DNA of 63,871 nucleotides, the filler included, from Pelomyxa schiedti (taxonomy: Eukaryota > Protista > Evosea), in assembly GCA_020536535.1 (NCBI GenBank). It is 7 parts of 7 records of this genome, joined end to end, with 100 filler letters (N's around TTAATTAATTAA, not from the genome) between each part and the next. Parts side by side here need not be neighbours in the genome. Positions count along the whole stretch, not along the records: positions 38,144 to 58,883 come from JAHLWZ010001083.1; positions 58,984 to 62,679 come from JAHLWZ010001705.1; 5 more parts are not named here. One strand, given 5' to 3'. The notes beneath the pieces are model-generated. The model had not been told where the DNA came from, did no database searches, and saw nothing but the letters and a program-made list of their open reading frames with translations. A program made the translations under genes and the position numbers. How positions within the stretch are numbered: the stretch's first letter is position 1; each line of letters starts with the position of its first letter. Shown one piece after another: positions 47,122-59,608 of this stretch.

Positions 47122-47952
47122 ATGATGAGCGTGAGACGTGGCGGAGCATTCCACGTAGTGGGATGGGCTTGTGGGATGGGGACTGTTGTGCTGGCTGTAT
47201 CTACTCCGGTGCCTTTCTTTCTGTGGCTGGTGTTCTGGTTCGTTTGAGTTGTTGTTTTCACATTCATCTTTTCTCTCTTTCTTTTACTGAAACCTATCCA
47301 GGAGAATGTGGGCGGTGCTTGCACAAGTGATAGTTTTCTTATGGGCTTTCCTCCAGGATATTGGATTGGTACCCAGGTTTGGTTTTATTTTTCTACCCGT
47401 GTGATGTTGACTTATTTCTAGAAATCCGAAGCTGCTTTGTAATTACATATTCGAAAATTTATGCCACCAGGCGTTTGTAATGGCCGCAGGAACAGTCATT
47501 GCTTACTGGGTGCGTTTCTCTGACTTCCTCATTTTTTTTCTCACTTCTTCAGGTTCTGGATATGTGTGGAGTTAAATCCGGCATCTCGTATCCCTTTCTC
47601 ACTTGATGCACACCGTTTCCCCGTTGTTCATGGTGCTCGAAATGATAATATTTGGGCATGCCGTTCACCCTTTCTGGTCTGAAGTTGGTTCCGTAATTGT
47701 GGTTATTACAAGCTACTTCATAACGGTAAACTCTCCATTTCTCCATTTGATGTAATACTTACTCTCTTGTAGGCGGTGGCAGTGAGATGGTACTGTGGAG
47801 TATGGCCGTACCCATTTTTGTATTCTGTGCCATTTCTCATTGTCACTGCTGTCATGTTTGTACTTGTACACCTCGCAATTGTGACCCTATCACGGAGTAT
47901 CAGAAGCCGAGGTGGTATGATAAGAAGGATTCGTCCTCTCTATGTACATTGA
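47122..47952 (+). CDS. FAR-17a/AIG1/ADTRP-like multi-pass membrane protein with one apparent 1-nt deletion
   Basis: WAVLAQVIVFLWAFLQD, HLMHTVSPLFMVLE and GVWPYPFL; frame breaks at TCCCTTTCTCAC (~47597). The start is uncertain. Confidence 0.6.
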
Positions 47953-47997
47953 ATAAAACCAAAATTTGGGAAAAGCAAAAAACAAAAAAACATTTTA

Positions 47998-49362
47998 CTA
48001 CCACAAGAAGCATTCACGTGGTATGAAGTACTCCAGAGTCACATTGGGACCAACAACCTCCAAGGAAGCAACAATGAAGCCTGATGTTGCTTCAGTAACC
48101 TGCAATGTTTTGTTGCCTTCTTCAATGAAGCAAGCCAACCCACCCCCTGTAAGCACTGTAAAAACAACTTGTTGATCGCAGCCAACAGTCCTCAGTGGCT
48201 GGTGGGATCCTATATCTGCAGTGTCACTGCAGTCCCAGATACCCACAAGGCGTCGTCCACTGGGAGTCATGTGCACCCCTGAGAATAGAGAACCACTCAG
48301 CTGAGTCAATGGTCCGAATCTGAAGAAGGTGCTGAGGTCCTTCATCTCCCCATTTGGTTGAACAGCATACACCTCGGAAATGGTGGGGGAGAAGGAATCA
48401 GTTGTTTCTGTCATTACAATGAACACGTTCTGGGCAGCTTTGTTCCGCATCAGAAGAAGGGATTTCACACGGGTTTTCAGCAGATAACCCTGTGGAAATA
48501 AGCAATGAGTTGTGCTCAAAATCTGCAGACTTTTGGAGGCGCAGGTGCTTGCAACGTCAACAACAAGAAGCAAGGAACTGAGCTGATGCTCTTTCAGCGT
48601 GCTATCTGTGGTCATCAGAATCAGTGCTTGTGATGAATTCATCTTATAGAATCTCATTGATTCAACGACATGGTAATTCTCAGGAACAGGCACAACAACT
48701 GCGTCACTTGGAGCCTGCAAATTCCTAATGACAAGCATTTCTCCCTTATCTATGGTCTGCAGCCACCACACCCCATTTATGCACAAGTGGTGCACCGACA
48801 AATCCGGGTCTCTCTCAGCCCCAAAATGCCTCTCATCACCACTCGTTGAGTTCTTCAGCACCACTGAAGTGATACCACTGTAGACTGGTGTGCATAGACT
48901 CACAGTAAGATTGTCACCCACGCGAAGTAATGATGAGTCCACACCCTCACTGCGATGAGTGACAGTCACTTCGGTAGTGATTCCCATAAGCGCGACGGAC
49001 ACGCCGAATCTGATGGTATCTGTAACAAGCTTGCACTTGCCGGCGCGCCTCAGCACAACCAAGACCACGTTTCTCTCGGTGCCGATTACCCAGGTGTCCC
49101 ACAATTGCCTTGCGACTGCCGCACCCAACACCCCCGCGGGCGAGTTGCTCCCGCACCTACGGCACTGCGATGCCAAAAGTAACTCCGCAAATTGATCTCT
49201 CGCTCGAACACCCTGACTCAACGCGATCTCCCCAGTTCCGCCATTGTGGGTGTTGTAGCAGGTACTTACTGTTGTCATCTCTGTTGTCTTCTGAGAATTG
49301 CTAATCACTTTGCCAAATCCAGCCTCGTATTTGGCAATTTCATGTTTTACCACAAGAAACAT
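47998..49362 (-). CDS. Intronless member of the expanded QLWDTWV family
   Basis: RARDQFAELLLASQCRRCGSNSPAGVLG...QLWDTWV; likely start is MTTVSTC near 49278. Confidence 0.9.
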   Translation of the reverse strand: MFLVVKHEIAKYEAGFGKVISNSQKTTEMTTVSTCYNTHNGGTGEIALSQGVRARDQFAELLLASQCRRCGSNSPAGVLGAAVARQLWDTWVIGTERNVVLVVLRRAGKCKLVTDTIRFGVSVALMGITTEVTVTHRSEGVDSSLLRVGDNLTVSLCTPVYSGITSVVLKNSTSGDERHFGAERDPDLSVHHLCINGVWWLQTIDKGEMLVIRNLQAPSDAVVVPVPENYHVVESMRFYKMNSSQALILMTTDSTLKEHQLSSLLLVVDVASTCASKSLQILSTTHCLFPQGYLLKTRVKSLLLMRNKAAQNVFIVMTETTDSFSPTISEVYAVQPNGEMKDLSTFFRFGPLTQLSGSLFSGVHMTPSGRRLVGIWDCSDTADIGSHQPLRTVGCDQQVVFTVLTGGGLACFIEEGNKTLQVTEATSGFIVASLEVVGPNVTLEYFIPRECFLW

Positions 49363-50555
49363 CTTCTTTCAACAAAGAGGCTCAGAGACCAGGTAGGGAG
49401 AACAACCTCCAGGGAAACGACAACAGCACCTGTTGTCGCCTCAGTCACTTGCATTTGTTTGCCGTCCGTGATGAGGAGCACCAACCCGCCTCCTGAAACA
49501 GCCCAAGGATCCTTGGTAACAGTGCGTACTGTCCTGAGTGGAGGTGGCAGAGATTGAGTGCAACCAGTTGGCATGTTGGTGCAGTCCCAGATATCCAGAA
49601 TGCATTCTTCGTCATTCCAGTAAGCAACTGAGAAAAGGGAGGCACTCAGTTGTGATGCCGTGCCAAACCCACTGAGGTTGACCATCTCTCCACTTGAGTG
49701 AATGGCATACACTTGCCCACCTCCCATTCCGAGCATAAAAGTGAGCTTGGTCTCAACAATGAACACACCCTGGCCAGATTTCTTCTGCAACAGAAAAATG
49801 TATTGCACACTCTTGTCCTCAAAATAGCCTGGTGAAAATGGGCACTTAGTGGAGCTCACAATCTGGAGACTCTTTGTGGCAAAGGTGGCAGAAACGTCCA
49901 AAATCACCAACACTGTGTTCGGTTGATGCTCAGAGCTGGCTGTGCTGGTCATAAACATCATTGCCCGCGATGAATTCAATTTGCTTAAGCTCATGCACTC
50001 AACGACATGGTAATCCTCAGGAAGTGGAATGGTCTCTGTGTCAAAACCCGCGGTTTGCAGGTTTGACACAGTGAGTGAGTTCCCCTTCCCTTTGTACTGC
50101 AGCCACCACTTCCCATTCATGCACAAGGTCTTCCAAGATACTGCCAAAATCTTCTCCACTCCAGTAGTAGTATCCAAGAACCTAGCTGAATCATCACAAT
50201 CACCTTCTGGTAGCTGGCTCACACTTATATTTTCAGACACCCAAACTTCATACTCCCAAACAGGCACAACACTCACCTCAGTTGTAAGCCCCAAAAGCAC
50301 AAGTGACACGCCAACCCTGATGACGAACGGAGCCCGCGGCATTTGGGATTCCGTAGTCGTCACCACGGCGGACACTTTCCTCTCAGTTCCGATTACCCAG
50401 GTGTCCCACAATTGCCTAGCAATCGCCGGGCCCAACGCCCTCGCCGGCGAGTTGCTCCCGCACCGACAATGTGACGCCACAAGAAGCGCCGCGAATTGGT
50501 CTTTGGCGCGAAGACCCTGCCCAAGCGCGATGCACTGTTGCTGGCAACTCCACAT
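49347..50555 (-). CDS. Intronless member of the expanded QLWDTWV family
   Basis: 402-aa ORF, RAKDQFAALLVASHCRCGSNSPARALG...QLWDTWV. Confidence 0.9.
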   Translation of the reverse strand: MWSCQQQCIALGQGLRAKDQFAALLVASHCRCGSNSPARALGPAIARQLWDTWVIGTERKVSAVVTTTESQMPRAPFVIRVGVSLVLLGLTTEVSVVPVWEYEVWVSENISVSQLPEGDCDDSARFLDTTTGVEKILAVSWKTLCMNGKWWLQYKGKGNSLTVSNLQTAGFDTETIPLPEDYHVVECMSLSKLNSSRAMMFMTSTASSEHQPNTVLVILDVSATFATKSLQIVSSTKCPFSPGYFEDKSVQYIFLLQKKSGQGVFIVETKLTFMLGMGGGQVYAIHSSGEMVNLSGFGTASQLSASLFSVAYWNDEECILDIWDCTNMPTGCTQSLPPPLRTVRTVTKDPWAVSGGGLVLLITDGKQMQVTEATTGAVVVSLEVVLPTWSLSLFVERRCFLW

Positions 50556-50739
50556 AGACTATGTATGCAGTGCAGCGAACAACGTTGTGATGATAAAACT
50601 TAGGGTCTGATGAGAGGAGATTCAGTTGCCAACAGAGCACCAGCTCTTCCATTGTTGAGAGTCCCAACCCTGATAGTCTGGCTAGCATCGGCCACGGGTT
50701 CATGTAAATCCCGGGTAGAAGCACGTTCAGCGAAGGGTG

Positions 50740-51724
50740 ATGAGCGGAGATTCTGGTTCCACGGGTGTGAGGGTGACACTGCAGAGTGATGGAGCGTGTC
50801 TCGTTCTGAAACCATCGAAAATAGTGTGTCTGCTACGTAGCTACGCCGCCCATGCCAAGGTTATTTCTTTGCATGTCTCTATGCAGCTATTGTGGCGCTC
50901 TAACAACGAAGATGATTGTGATTATATAAGATGGCGATGAGTTGGGGGGGCAAACAATTTGACTACCAACACATAATTTACCACCAACAGGAACTGGGCA
51001 ACGCGGTTCCGAGCAAGCCAATGTTTTTCTTGAAACCACCGTCGGCTATGATAGAGAGCGGGGGCAACATCGTGATACCACCTGGCGTGAGGGATGTGCA
51101 TCACGAGGTGGAGCTATCAATCGTGATCGGAAGGAGGGGCAAGGTTTGCTCATCCGCCTTTGTTGTGATATATCTCGTTAACATCTCTAAAGAACATAAG
51201 GCCCGAGGATGCGTTGTCACATGTTAAAATGTGGCTTGTCATGCTGGATATGACTGCCAGGTATTCAACACTTTCGCGCGCCTTTTTTCTTTTCTGTGTG
51301 TGTTCAAATCTTTATCTCTTCTGTAGGGATGTTCAAGACGCGGCAAAGGCCAAAGGATTGCCATGGGCAGAAGCCAAAGGATATGATACATTTGCCCCTG
51401 TCGGTGCCATTGCGCAACCGGCTTCATGGGACTACCACAACAAAAATATTTGGCTTAAGGTAACCAACCAACAACACATTTCTTTTTTCCCTCACACTCA
51501 TCCAGGTAAATTCCGAAATGAGGCAGAACAGCAGCACTGGACTGATGCTGTGGAGCATAGAGCACATAATATCGCAGATATCCACAGTTATGACTCTTGA
51601 GGAGGGGGACATCATTATGACCGGCACACCAGAAGGTGTTGGTCCTGTAAGGCCTGGTGACACTATCACTGCCGGGATAGAAACCCTTGGTGAGGTTGTT
51701 GCTCATGTGGTTTCCTCTTCTTAA
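50740..51724 (+). CDS. FAHD1: Fumarylacetoacetate hydrolase domain protein (acylpyruvase/oxaloacetate decarboxylase type)
   Basis: KIVCLLRSYAAHAK|ELGNAVP..PMFFLKP, HHEVEL, LDMTAR|DVQ, LPW..AKGYDTFAP and GDIIMTGTPEGVGP. Confidence 0.92.
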
Positions 51725-51792
51725 AAGGAACTAAAACAAGCAAATACAGTCGTGAATGAATTTAAAATTAAATCCCGCAGCGTACATTATGC

Positions 51793-54701
51793 TTAGCTTA
51801 GGTACTTGATATTCGCACTTGAATTTATGGAGTCCTTGAAGTGCGGGAGCCAGTCATGCTTGTATGAAGCTTTGGATGTAAAACAGCTCTTCAATACAAA
51901 TGCAATGTCACTTACAGAGAATTTCGTACTCCATACAACTGAATGGCAAAGAAGGTGGTTTTTCCCACGGCACAGTACTATGGAGTATGGAGAATGCTTG
52001 TGAACAACGGAAAAAAATCGGCTGTCCTCAAACTCATGAGTGAAGTAAACGACATCAAAATCGTTGATGGTGAGGAAGTCGGCCAGTTCATGGGAGACTA
52101 GCGACTTCTTGGAAGGATAAAATACACAGCAATCCAAAAAGTCGGTCTCTTTGGTCAGTGCCAAGCACAAAGCCTCTTCCTATAATAAGGTAAAAATCTT
52201 GAAATAAAGACATAGGAATACCTTATGGTGCACTGCCGGAACGGTACATGGCACAACAAGTAGTACTCTGCCAAAGTCAGTCCTTGCCAAGGTTACAGCA
52301 CCAGAGAAGTGCTGGAAAAGCATATCATATATAACTGAGGCGGGAGTGTGGCGCAGAGGCAAGAGAATACTTTCTCCACCAGGTATAGTGGATTTTGGAA
52401 GACTTTCCCTACCGAGTGTGTGGCATACAGCGGGGGAAATCGGGATCGATTTTCCCCCGCTGGTAAAGGCCCAAACGCGGTGGATTGGAGAAAAGGAAAA
52501 CAGTATGTTGTGATCCTCTCTACTCAGTAATTTGCAAGCTTCCCGTTTGTTTCTTTCCAGAAGATCAGAATTTAATCCGCGAGTGGGCCCTGTACAAAGA
52601 AAAGCACTGTGCAAAGCTGTTTCCAGGGCCAGGGAGAGCAGAAACTGGACTGTGATGTGTGGATGATGAATTTCCAATATCTGGTATTACTGAATAAACT
52701 CACAGAAAAGAACTAAATATACCGTAATTGCTGTAGCAAAGTGTAAAATCCCTGTCACACCGATTGTCCTGTCAACACTTGAGCACGGCCAGCATGGATG
52801 AGAAGTAACACAACTCAGAAGTCCGCTAAAAGTAGGTTGAAGTCTGGTAACAGCTTCTCTTATGAAATTGTCCTTCATTCATTATCAGTACTGAATTGTT
52901 ACACGATTGTACCTTGGGAAGAAGATGTGAAGGATATTCTTCCTGTGTTCCATTAGGTAATACTTGACTTTTGAAAACGACTGGCCAGTCATGAATCCGT
53001 GCCAATTTCATGAGGGGGCTGCCTAGGATACTAAATCCTAAACAAGAGAAAACCACAAGAGAGATACCTGCGTGAACATTGAGAAAAGGGATACAAGCTA
53101 AAGACATCCTGGAATGTTCAGCAAAACTTATTTGCAAAAGTGCTACGGCCGACTGTATTGTCTCCATTAATCCCTAGAATATAATTAGAGTGAATGACCA
53201 CAAGGCAAGGAAGCTACGTGAGAAAGCTTGGACCTGAATTGAGACTGTGGGATGGTACAGTATCAGGTTAATGTTCGTACATGGAACTCCAGATTGAATA
53301 CTATTCCGCACGGACTCAAAGGCCTGCCCCGCAAAAAATCCTTTGTTCATATCCTCTGCATGTAACACACTATCACTGAATGACTCCACTCCAAACGAAA
53401 GGAGTTGAAGCCCCGCCTGCACTCCGGCCTGAAGTGAGGCACTGTCCACGGATGTAACTCTTGTTTGTCCAAACAATTTAAGTGTTGTTGGAAGTAATCC
53501 AACTTGTTTTGCTCTGAGGGAGTGTTATTGACAGATTTTTACTTGGAAAAACTACGCACTTAATAATTTCTGTGAACAGGTGCAGAGCTCTTTCTGGCGA
53601 CAACAAGAAGTCATCGTCATTAAAATGCACCAAGGGACAACGAAGAGGAAGTGCAGTGGCTGAAGAAATAAGCTTGACCACATCCATAACGCTGAGAGCA
53701 GAGCGAGATGAGTATGCCAATTTCCCAAATTTTTTTGCTGGGAGGATTTTACTGACTAAAACAGTGGAAAGAGACTTACATGTGCAAAAGCTGCAATTAT
53801 AAGGGCAAAAGCTTACGGTGTGTATTCGAAGAGTATGGAATATCTCCACCGAACTGGAAATCGAGCAATCTGTGGCTCGCCAGTACCGCCAATATGGTAT
53901 GTTTCTCCCATTGTAACAAGATAATTCGGAAAAAAGTGCGGTGGAAACCTGAAGTCATTCTAATCCGTGAGACAAGGATAAAAAGGAATACACAGGTACC
54001 GGGCCAGTTAAGATGCTCTCAATGTCATAGACTTCTCCACGGCAAATAGCACCTGGAATACCTTGAGCTGGCGACGGATGGTTCAGGTTAGATTTCATCA
54101 TATTCTCAATGATCCGAGATATTGGCAGCTCCCCAAGCCCTGAAATGCAACAATCTAGCCAAGGAAGGCACTGTGAAATGCTAGAGGTTGGCAGGGAACG
54201 ACTAGCTTAGTGGTTACACTTTGAACAGAAGTCGGTAATCAATGCTGGCTTCTTGCCCCCCAGCAAGGAACAATGGCCGGGGCTGCTGGGTCTTTGTAGC
54301 TTCATAAATCTCTGTCATAAAAAAGAGGTCTTCACCTGATCTGGAATGAGTGTGCTGACATTACAAGGTGTCAAAACAAGAAATCCTCTTACCTACCAGG
54401 AATCGCACCGGACTGAATCCAATGACGTGGTACTTACACATGGAAACCATGTTGACAAAGCTCGTTAATGTATCGCACAAGAGTGCATGTGCTGGGTCAA
54501 AGACAGTTACTTGCACCTTAACGAAACTGTCACAAAACTCGAGTGCCTAATGTGGCGGGGGCGGTAACCGCACCTTATCCTCAAAATGTGTGTGCAACCA
54601 GTCCGCAATCCTGTAGACGCCATACGGCGGCTCCACGATCTCGAGTTTCTTTTGTTAGCACTCGATTCAAACAAACCAAGCACGAAACGCCGCCGGTCCA
54701 T
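51793..54701 (-). CDS. Hypothetical multi-exon protein
   Basis: Chain of same-strand 60-165-aa ORFs separated by intron-sized GT-AG gaps; no domain recognised. Confidence 0.55.
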
Positions 54702-55179
54702 GACATAACACCCAGGGTGCACAGTCACAGGCCAACAAAAATCAACTCAACACCGCAACACAACGGCACAGTACCAAGTGCGGGCCCGTGTGGGCCGATC
54801 TAGCCCTGTACTCCTCCCACGTGACGTGCTCAGCACAACACACAGCGCTGCCGCACAACAACACCCTTATTATCACGCTCCCACTCACGCCATCATCACC
54901 ACGGCCCTCACCGTCGTGGTCACGACTACTGTCCGTCACACCACCAACACCAACGACACCAGCACCCCCTGCAACGCCATTCATTTCTAGTACAAAACAC
55001 TGTCGTCTTTTGTCGTTGTTACGGAGGCGTGTCACGCTGTATCGCAGCGAACGGTTCGGCTCGTTTTTTTTCTGTGTGAGAGGATAGAAAAAACTTGATT
55101 GATGACGGGATTTATCAGTATGATGCTGGTGTGGAAAAGCATGGTGGGAAGGGACAGTGAGTTGTGAGATAGATATTAT

Positions 55180-56776
55180 GGGTGATCGTGAGGCTGTTGG
55201 TTGCTGTTTATTCATTTTCCAGCTGCTCCTGTGCAAAAGCGTCCTGCAGGGCAGTCAGGTCCTCCCCAACTGGTTCCGCTGTGTTTGCCACCTGAAAGGA
55301 GTTGTTACTGCATTGTGATTTAAGTAAAAGGGGGCGGAATTGTCTGGACTGTGCTTTTATGGTTGTTGTTGTTTTTTTAAAAAAAAACCTGATGAGGCTG
55401 TGAAGTGGTCTCGCAGCTGTCGGTGTGAGCCTACAGTGACTGAGTGTTTTGTGTATTTGTCACCGGGAACACACCTCTCGTTGATTCCAGCGGTTGAACC
55501 TTCTCTCTCTTTTAGCCTGCCTTTCTTCCTCGTCATCTGAAAATTCTTGACTCTGGCATTACTGTTGGAAATGGCACAAATTGAAAGGGAAACAGGACAC
55601 GCACATTAAGTGGTATCTCTTCATCATAAATATCTGAGGCATCGCTTCCTAAAGAGTACTTGAATTTAAATTTGCAAATTGTTGTGAACACAAACCCTTG
55701 ACAATTAGGTCTGGCACAAAGATTGGCCTCACTAGCCGGCATGGACAGAATACTTTTTTCCCGATTATATCTCTATTAACTGCGGCATTGGGCGGCAATC
55801 GAACAAGGTATAACGGCTTCCGAACTGGGCCACATACTTCATCGATCTGGAGAACTATCAGTCTCATGAGTAATTTTTAAAGTGGTAACTTTGCCGAGAA
55901 TTGATCTATCTTCGTAACACAAAATGCAGTCTTCCTCGATTGGGTCCCTTGGACAGTATTACTGGGGTTGTCACACGTGAGACTATTTTTCGACATACAA
56001 GTTATCTAGGGAATGTACAACAATGACGCTATCTACAATTTCGTGGATGTGCCCAACTTCGGCAATCGGTTCCCCAGGGAAAAGTTCTACGTTGATGGGT
56101 TGAACTTCCGGTTCCTTTTTTTTGTAATGAATTATAACATAAGTAATTACAGATAGTAATAACACTTTGCACACACCAATACTTCATTCCTTGTGTAGGG
56201 CAGCCATCTTTCGTCCATCTCGTCTTCCACCTCCGGCGCCGCATTTCCAATTGTGGGATCTCTTTTTCCTTTTCCTTTTCCCGCGTGTCCACCTGTCCTT
56301 GAATACAAGTTGGGGTGAGCCTAAATGCACACACACAGCCACCCTCCCATAACCGTCGTACCGCCGGTAGCGTCGTCGCCCTGGTCATCGTCCCCGGCGT
56401 CGCCATCGGCATCGTCATCGGGGGGCAGATCGTCGTCGGGCACCGTGAGCCTCAGTGCGTTGGTGGCGGCGGGTTGGTCGCCCAGTCCCATAACCGCGAG
56501 TTGCGCCCTGCACGCCTCGACCGACGTGCCGACATGTTCCGGCTGTAGTAGTTGCTGCCTTTGACATGTCGACGATGTTGGCGACGATGAAGTGCACGTG
56601 TTGGTTGTCGTTTCCGGTGTGCTGGAGGTGGTGGTTGTAGTGGGCCGTGAGTTCACTACAATGCCAATGGGTGCCGCGTGACTGCTGTCGGCGACGGGAT
56701 GTGCCTCAACAACTGTTGGCTGGGGAATGCCGCTGCATGGCAAAGCTGAGGTGGTCGCAGCGCTGGTATCCATCAT
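55180..56776 (-). CDS. NAF1: H/ACA snoRNP assembly factor (Gar1/Naf1 domain)
   Basis: Acidic N-terminus; EVGHIHEIVDSVIVV, IDEVCGPVRKPLYLVR, SDASDIYDEE and EFSDDEEE. The 3' end is approximate. Confidence 0.82.
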
Positions 56777-56837
56777 CGAAACCGATTTGTTATTGGCCGA
56801 CCTGCAACTGCGTCTCGTGATTTCCAAAAGGGATGAT

Positions 56838-58400
56838 ATGGGCTTCCCCGAAATGGAAATCGGCTTGATGAAGCTAGAAGAGGAAACGACACAAGCTGTC
56901 TCTACCCCCTCGGACCGCGCTAACGACGAGGGAGAAGCCCCAGGGGTTGCATCACGTAGCAACCACTTTGGGCTCGTGGACCTCCCCGACAGTGTAATAG
57001 TAGCCATCGCTTCCTACGTCGCTGCGGACACCACGCCCACATACAATGCACGTAGTCGCGGGGGGTGCCGCCAGCCGCATCCCCCCCCGCCGACGGCGAT
57101 CTGGGCCAACAAGGCAAAGGATTACGAGCCGAAGAAACGCCTGCGGCAACGCATAAGGTGCCATCTGGGATTACACCGTCGATGGTGAAGAGATTGGAAG
57201 GGGTGCCTCTTGGCCCCACGGTTACCAGCATGACCTATGCCGAGGAGCGCAAAGAAGAGGCAAAGATCATAAGTATTGCGAGGAAACATGCGTGTCGAGG
57301 AGGAAGACGAGGGGGGCATCGGACTTGATGTCGATGAGGCGAGTGTGCAGGAGGCTGCATGACCTGATGGGAACTGTCCCGTTCTGGATCGAGATGTGCA
57401 GGCACAGGTACTATTCGAAGTGAGGAACGAGAGGACACAAGAGGAGGTGGCTGCGTTGGAGGAGGAGAAGGCGGCCGAGAGGGAGAAGGTTGAACTGGAG
57501 GCAAAAGCAATCGAAGAAGAGAAAGAGAGAAGGAAGGTGCTGAGGGAGCTTCGTGCCAAAAAGAGAGAACTCCAAAGAAGGGCAGCGGCTGAGGAGCAAG
57601 CCAAAAGAGAGAAACAAGCTGCCGCAGCAGCGGAAATGACACAGCATCAATCACAGAGTGGAGAGCAAGAGTCACAACCTTCTGTTCCCACCGCCACAGC
57701 AACCCCTGAGACATCCAGTGGTTCAACTGAACCGCCTAGAATTGATCCCAATGACCCGGCGTTTCCTGATGCCCTTATCCGGACAGGCTCTGTTTCTGAA
57801 CCACCTGAGCCTGATGACGACGACGAGGAGACTACGGAAGTCGACGTAGATGAAGCTGCCATTCCCTCAAAAATTGTTGTTCCCTTATTCAGGAGAATAT
57901 GTCCCAGCTGTCACAAATTCTGGAGGTTGTTGTTCCTGACAATGAACTGTATGATGCAAAACAACGCGGAAACAATCCGCGGTGGGTCTCATGTGATGGG
58001 AAAGGTTCCAAATGCCTTGGAGAGTGCACTGGAATCAACTGGATATGCTTGGCATGTGCCCACCTTGATCAAACAACAAAAAGCCAACAAAAACAAAAAA
58101 GGTGTGTGATGACTATGAGCTGTGCGAAGCCTGTGAGAGAAACCGCGAATTCTCTTGCTGGAGTGGCTGGGGAGCTGTGTGCACATTCTTCTTAAAATAC
58201 ACATCAACTCACCCTGCTCACAGCGCAACGAACATGACATGACACATCCTTTGTTGAAAGTTCTGGATTCCCAGTGTGTTGTTTCTCTTTTTCTCAAATT
58301 CTCAGACCTCAAATTTACATGTCACAATTTCTCAGGTTCAGCTGCTCCAAGTGGATTCTGTTGTGCAATGAGTACGACTTTTGAGCGTTTTCAGTGTGCA
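56838..58400 (+). CDS. F-box-like + coiled-coil + ZZ zinc-finger protein (or pseudogene)
   Basis: LVDLPDSVIVAIASYV; E/K-rich helix; VSCDGKGSKC...WICL|VCDDYELCEAC...HDMTHPLLKV. Several frame changes need introns or indels. Confidence 0.55.
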
Positions 58401-58510
58401 TCTGGCAGAATAAAAAAAACACCAGACCGCCGATCCTGAGCCACGATAACGAAATGACAGCGTTCATTTCCGGTCAATTGAACATTTTTTTACACCCTGA
58501 TCGTTTTTCC

Positions 58511-58882
58511 ATGAACGTCGTGCCTAATAGCACCGAGTGCGGTGACGTCGCGCCAGGGAAACTTGGGCTCGTTGATCTCCCCGACAGCGTCATCGTAGCC
58601 ATCGCATCCTACGTCGCGGCCGACACCACCCCCCTGTCGCTGCAGCGCTGCACCCCGCCGCCACGTCATCCCGTCGCCTCGCAACCATCCCTAGTCGAGA
58701 CGCTCCCCTCCCCCGCATCCCATCCCACACCCAAAGGCATCATCGGATCCGAAGAACCGCCAGCGTCGCGATTGCACCACGTGGTGGCGGTGCCCAGTGG
58801 AATCACACCGTCGATGGTGAAGAGACTGGAAGGGGCCCAGCCGGGCAAGAAGACCCTCGATGACGAGTGGGAAGAGCAGGAA
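58511..58882 (+). CDS. Tandem paralog of the F-box-like gene, truncated by the gap
   Basis: Shares LGLVDLPDSVIVAIASYVAADTTP and VPSGITPSMVKRLEG. Confidence 0.65.
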
Positions 58883-58982
58883 ANNNNNNNNNNNNNNNNN
58901 NNNNNNNNNNNNNNNNNNNNNNNNNNNTTAATTAATTAANNNNNNNNNNNNNNNNNNNNNNNNNNNNNNNNNNNNNNNNNNN

Positions 58983-59554
58983 NCACCAGCACCACCCAGC
59001 CACTTTATCCCACAATCCTCCCACCACACCCTCCTCTCCCTTTTTTCGTCCGGGGAATCGCAACAGCGCGGGCCGTCGACGAGCCTCTGGGCAGTGGCCA
59101 GGTGCCCGCCCACGCACAGCCCCCACAGCACCCCCACCGCCTCCCTCTCCTCGTTCCTCCCCCCGCCCCTCTCCATCCTCCCTCCTCCTCCGGCGCCACC
59201 GTTTTTGTTCAGGAGCAACCACGAGGCGCACCTTCCGCGCTCGCCGTCCGAGCCACCCGCGTCCGCTGCGCACTCGAGGGCGAAGTAAGAGGAGAGGCGC
59301 CGCCACCACAGCGTGCCGAGCACCGCGTGGCAGGCCCGCGGGACCAGAGGGAACATGGCCTCGGCCACCCGCATCACCGCCACGCAGTCGCCCCTCGTGG
59401 TGGGAGGGTGGTGCCACCCGCCGCGGCCGTCGACGCGCCGCGCGGGCCTGGGAACCAACACGGGGACCACGTGGTCCCACACTACTCGGGACATCATCAG
59501 CAACCTGCCCGCTCCTTCTCCCTTCGGTGTTGTAGTTGTCGTCGTTGTTGTCAT
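58983..59554 (-). CDS. 5' part of a tandem ankyrin-like paralog, truncated by the gap
   Basis: Near-identical to 61225-61766. Confidence 0.8.
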
Positions 59555-59608
59555 TTGGGTTATCGTCGAAACGCGTTTCGGGAACGCAGAAACAGGTTGG
59601 TTTTAATG

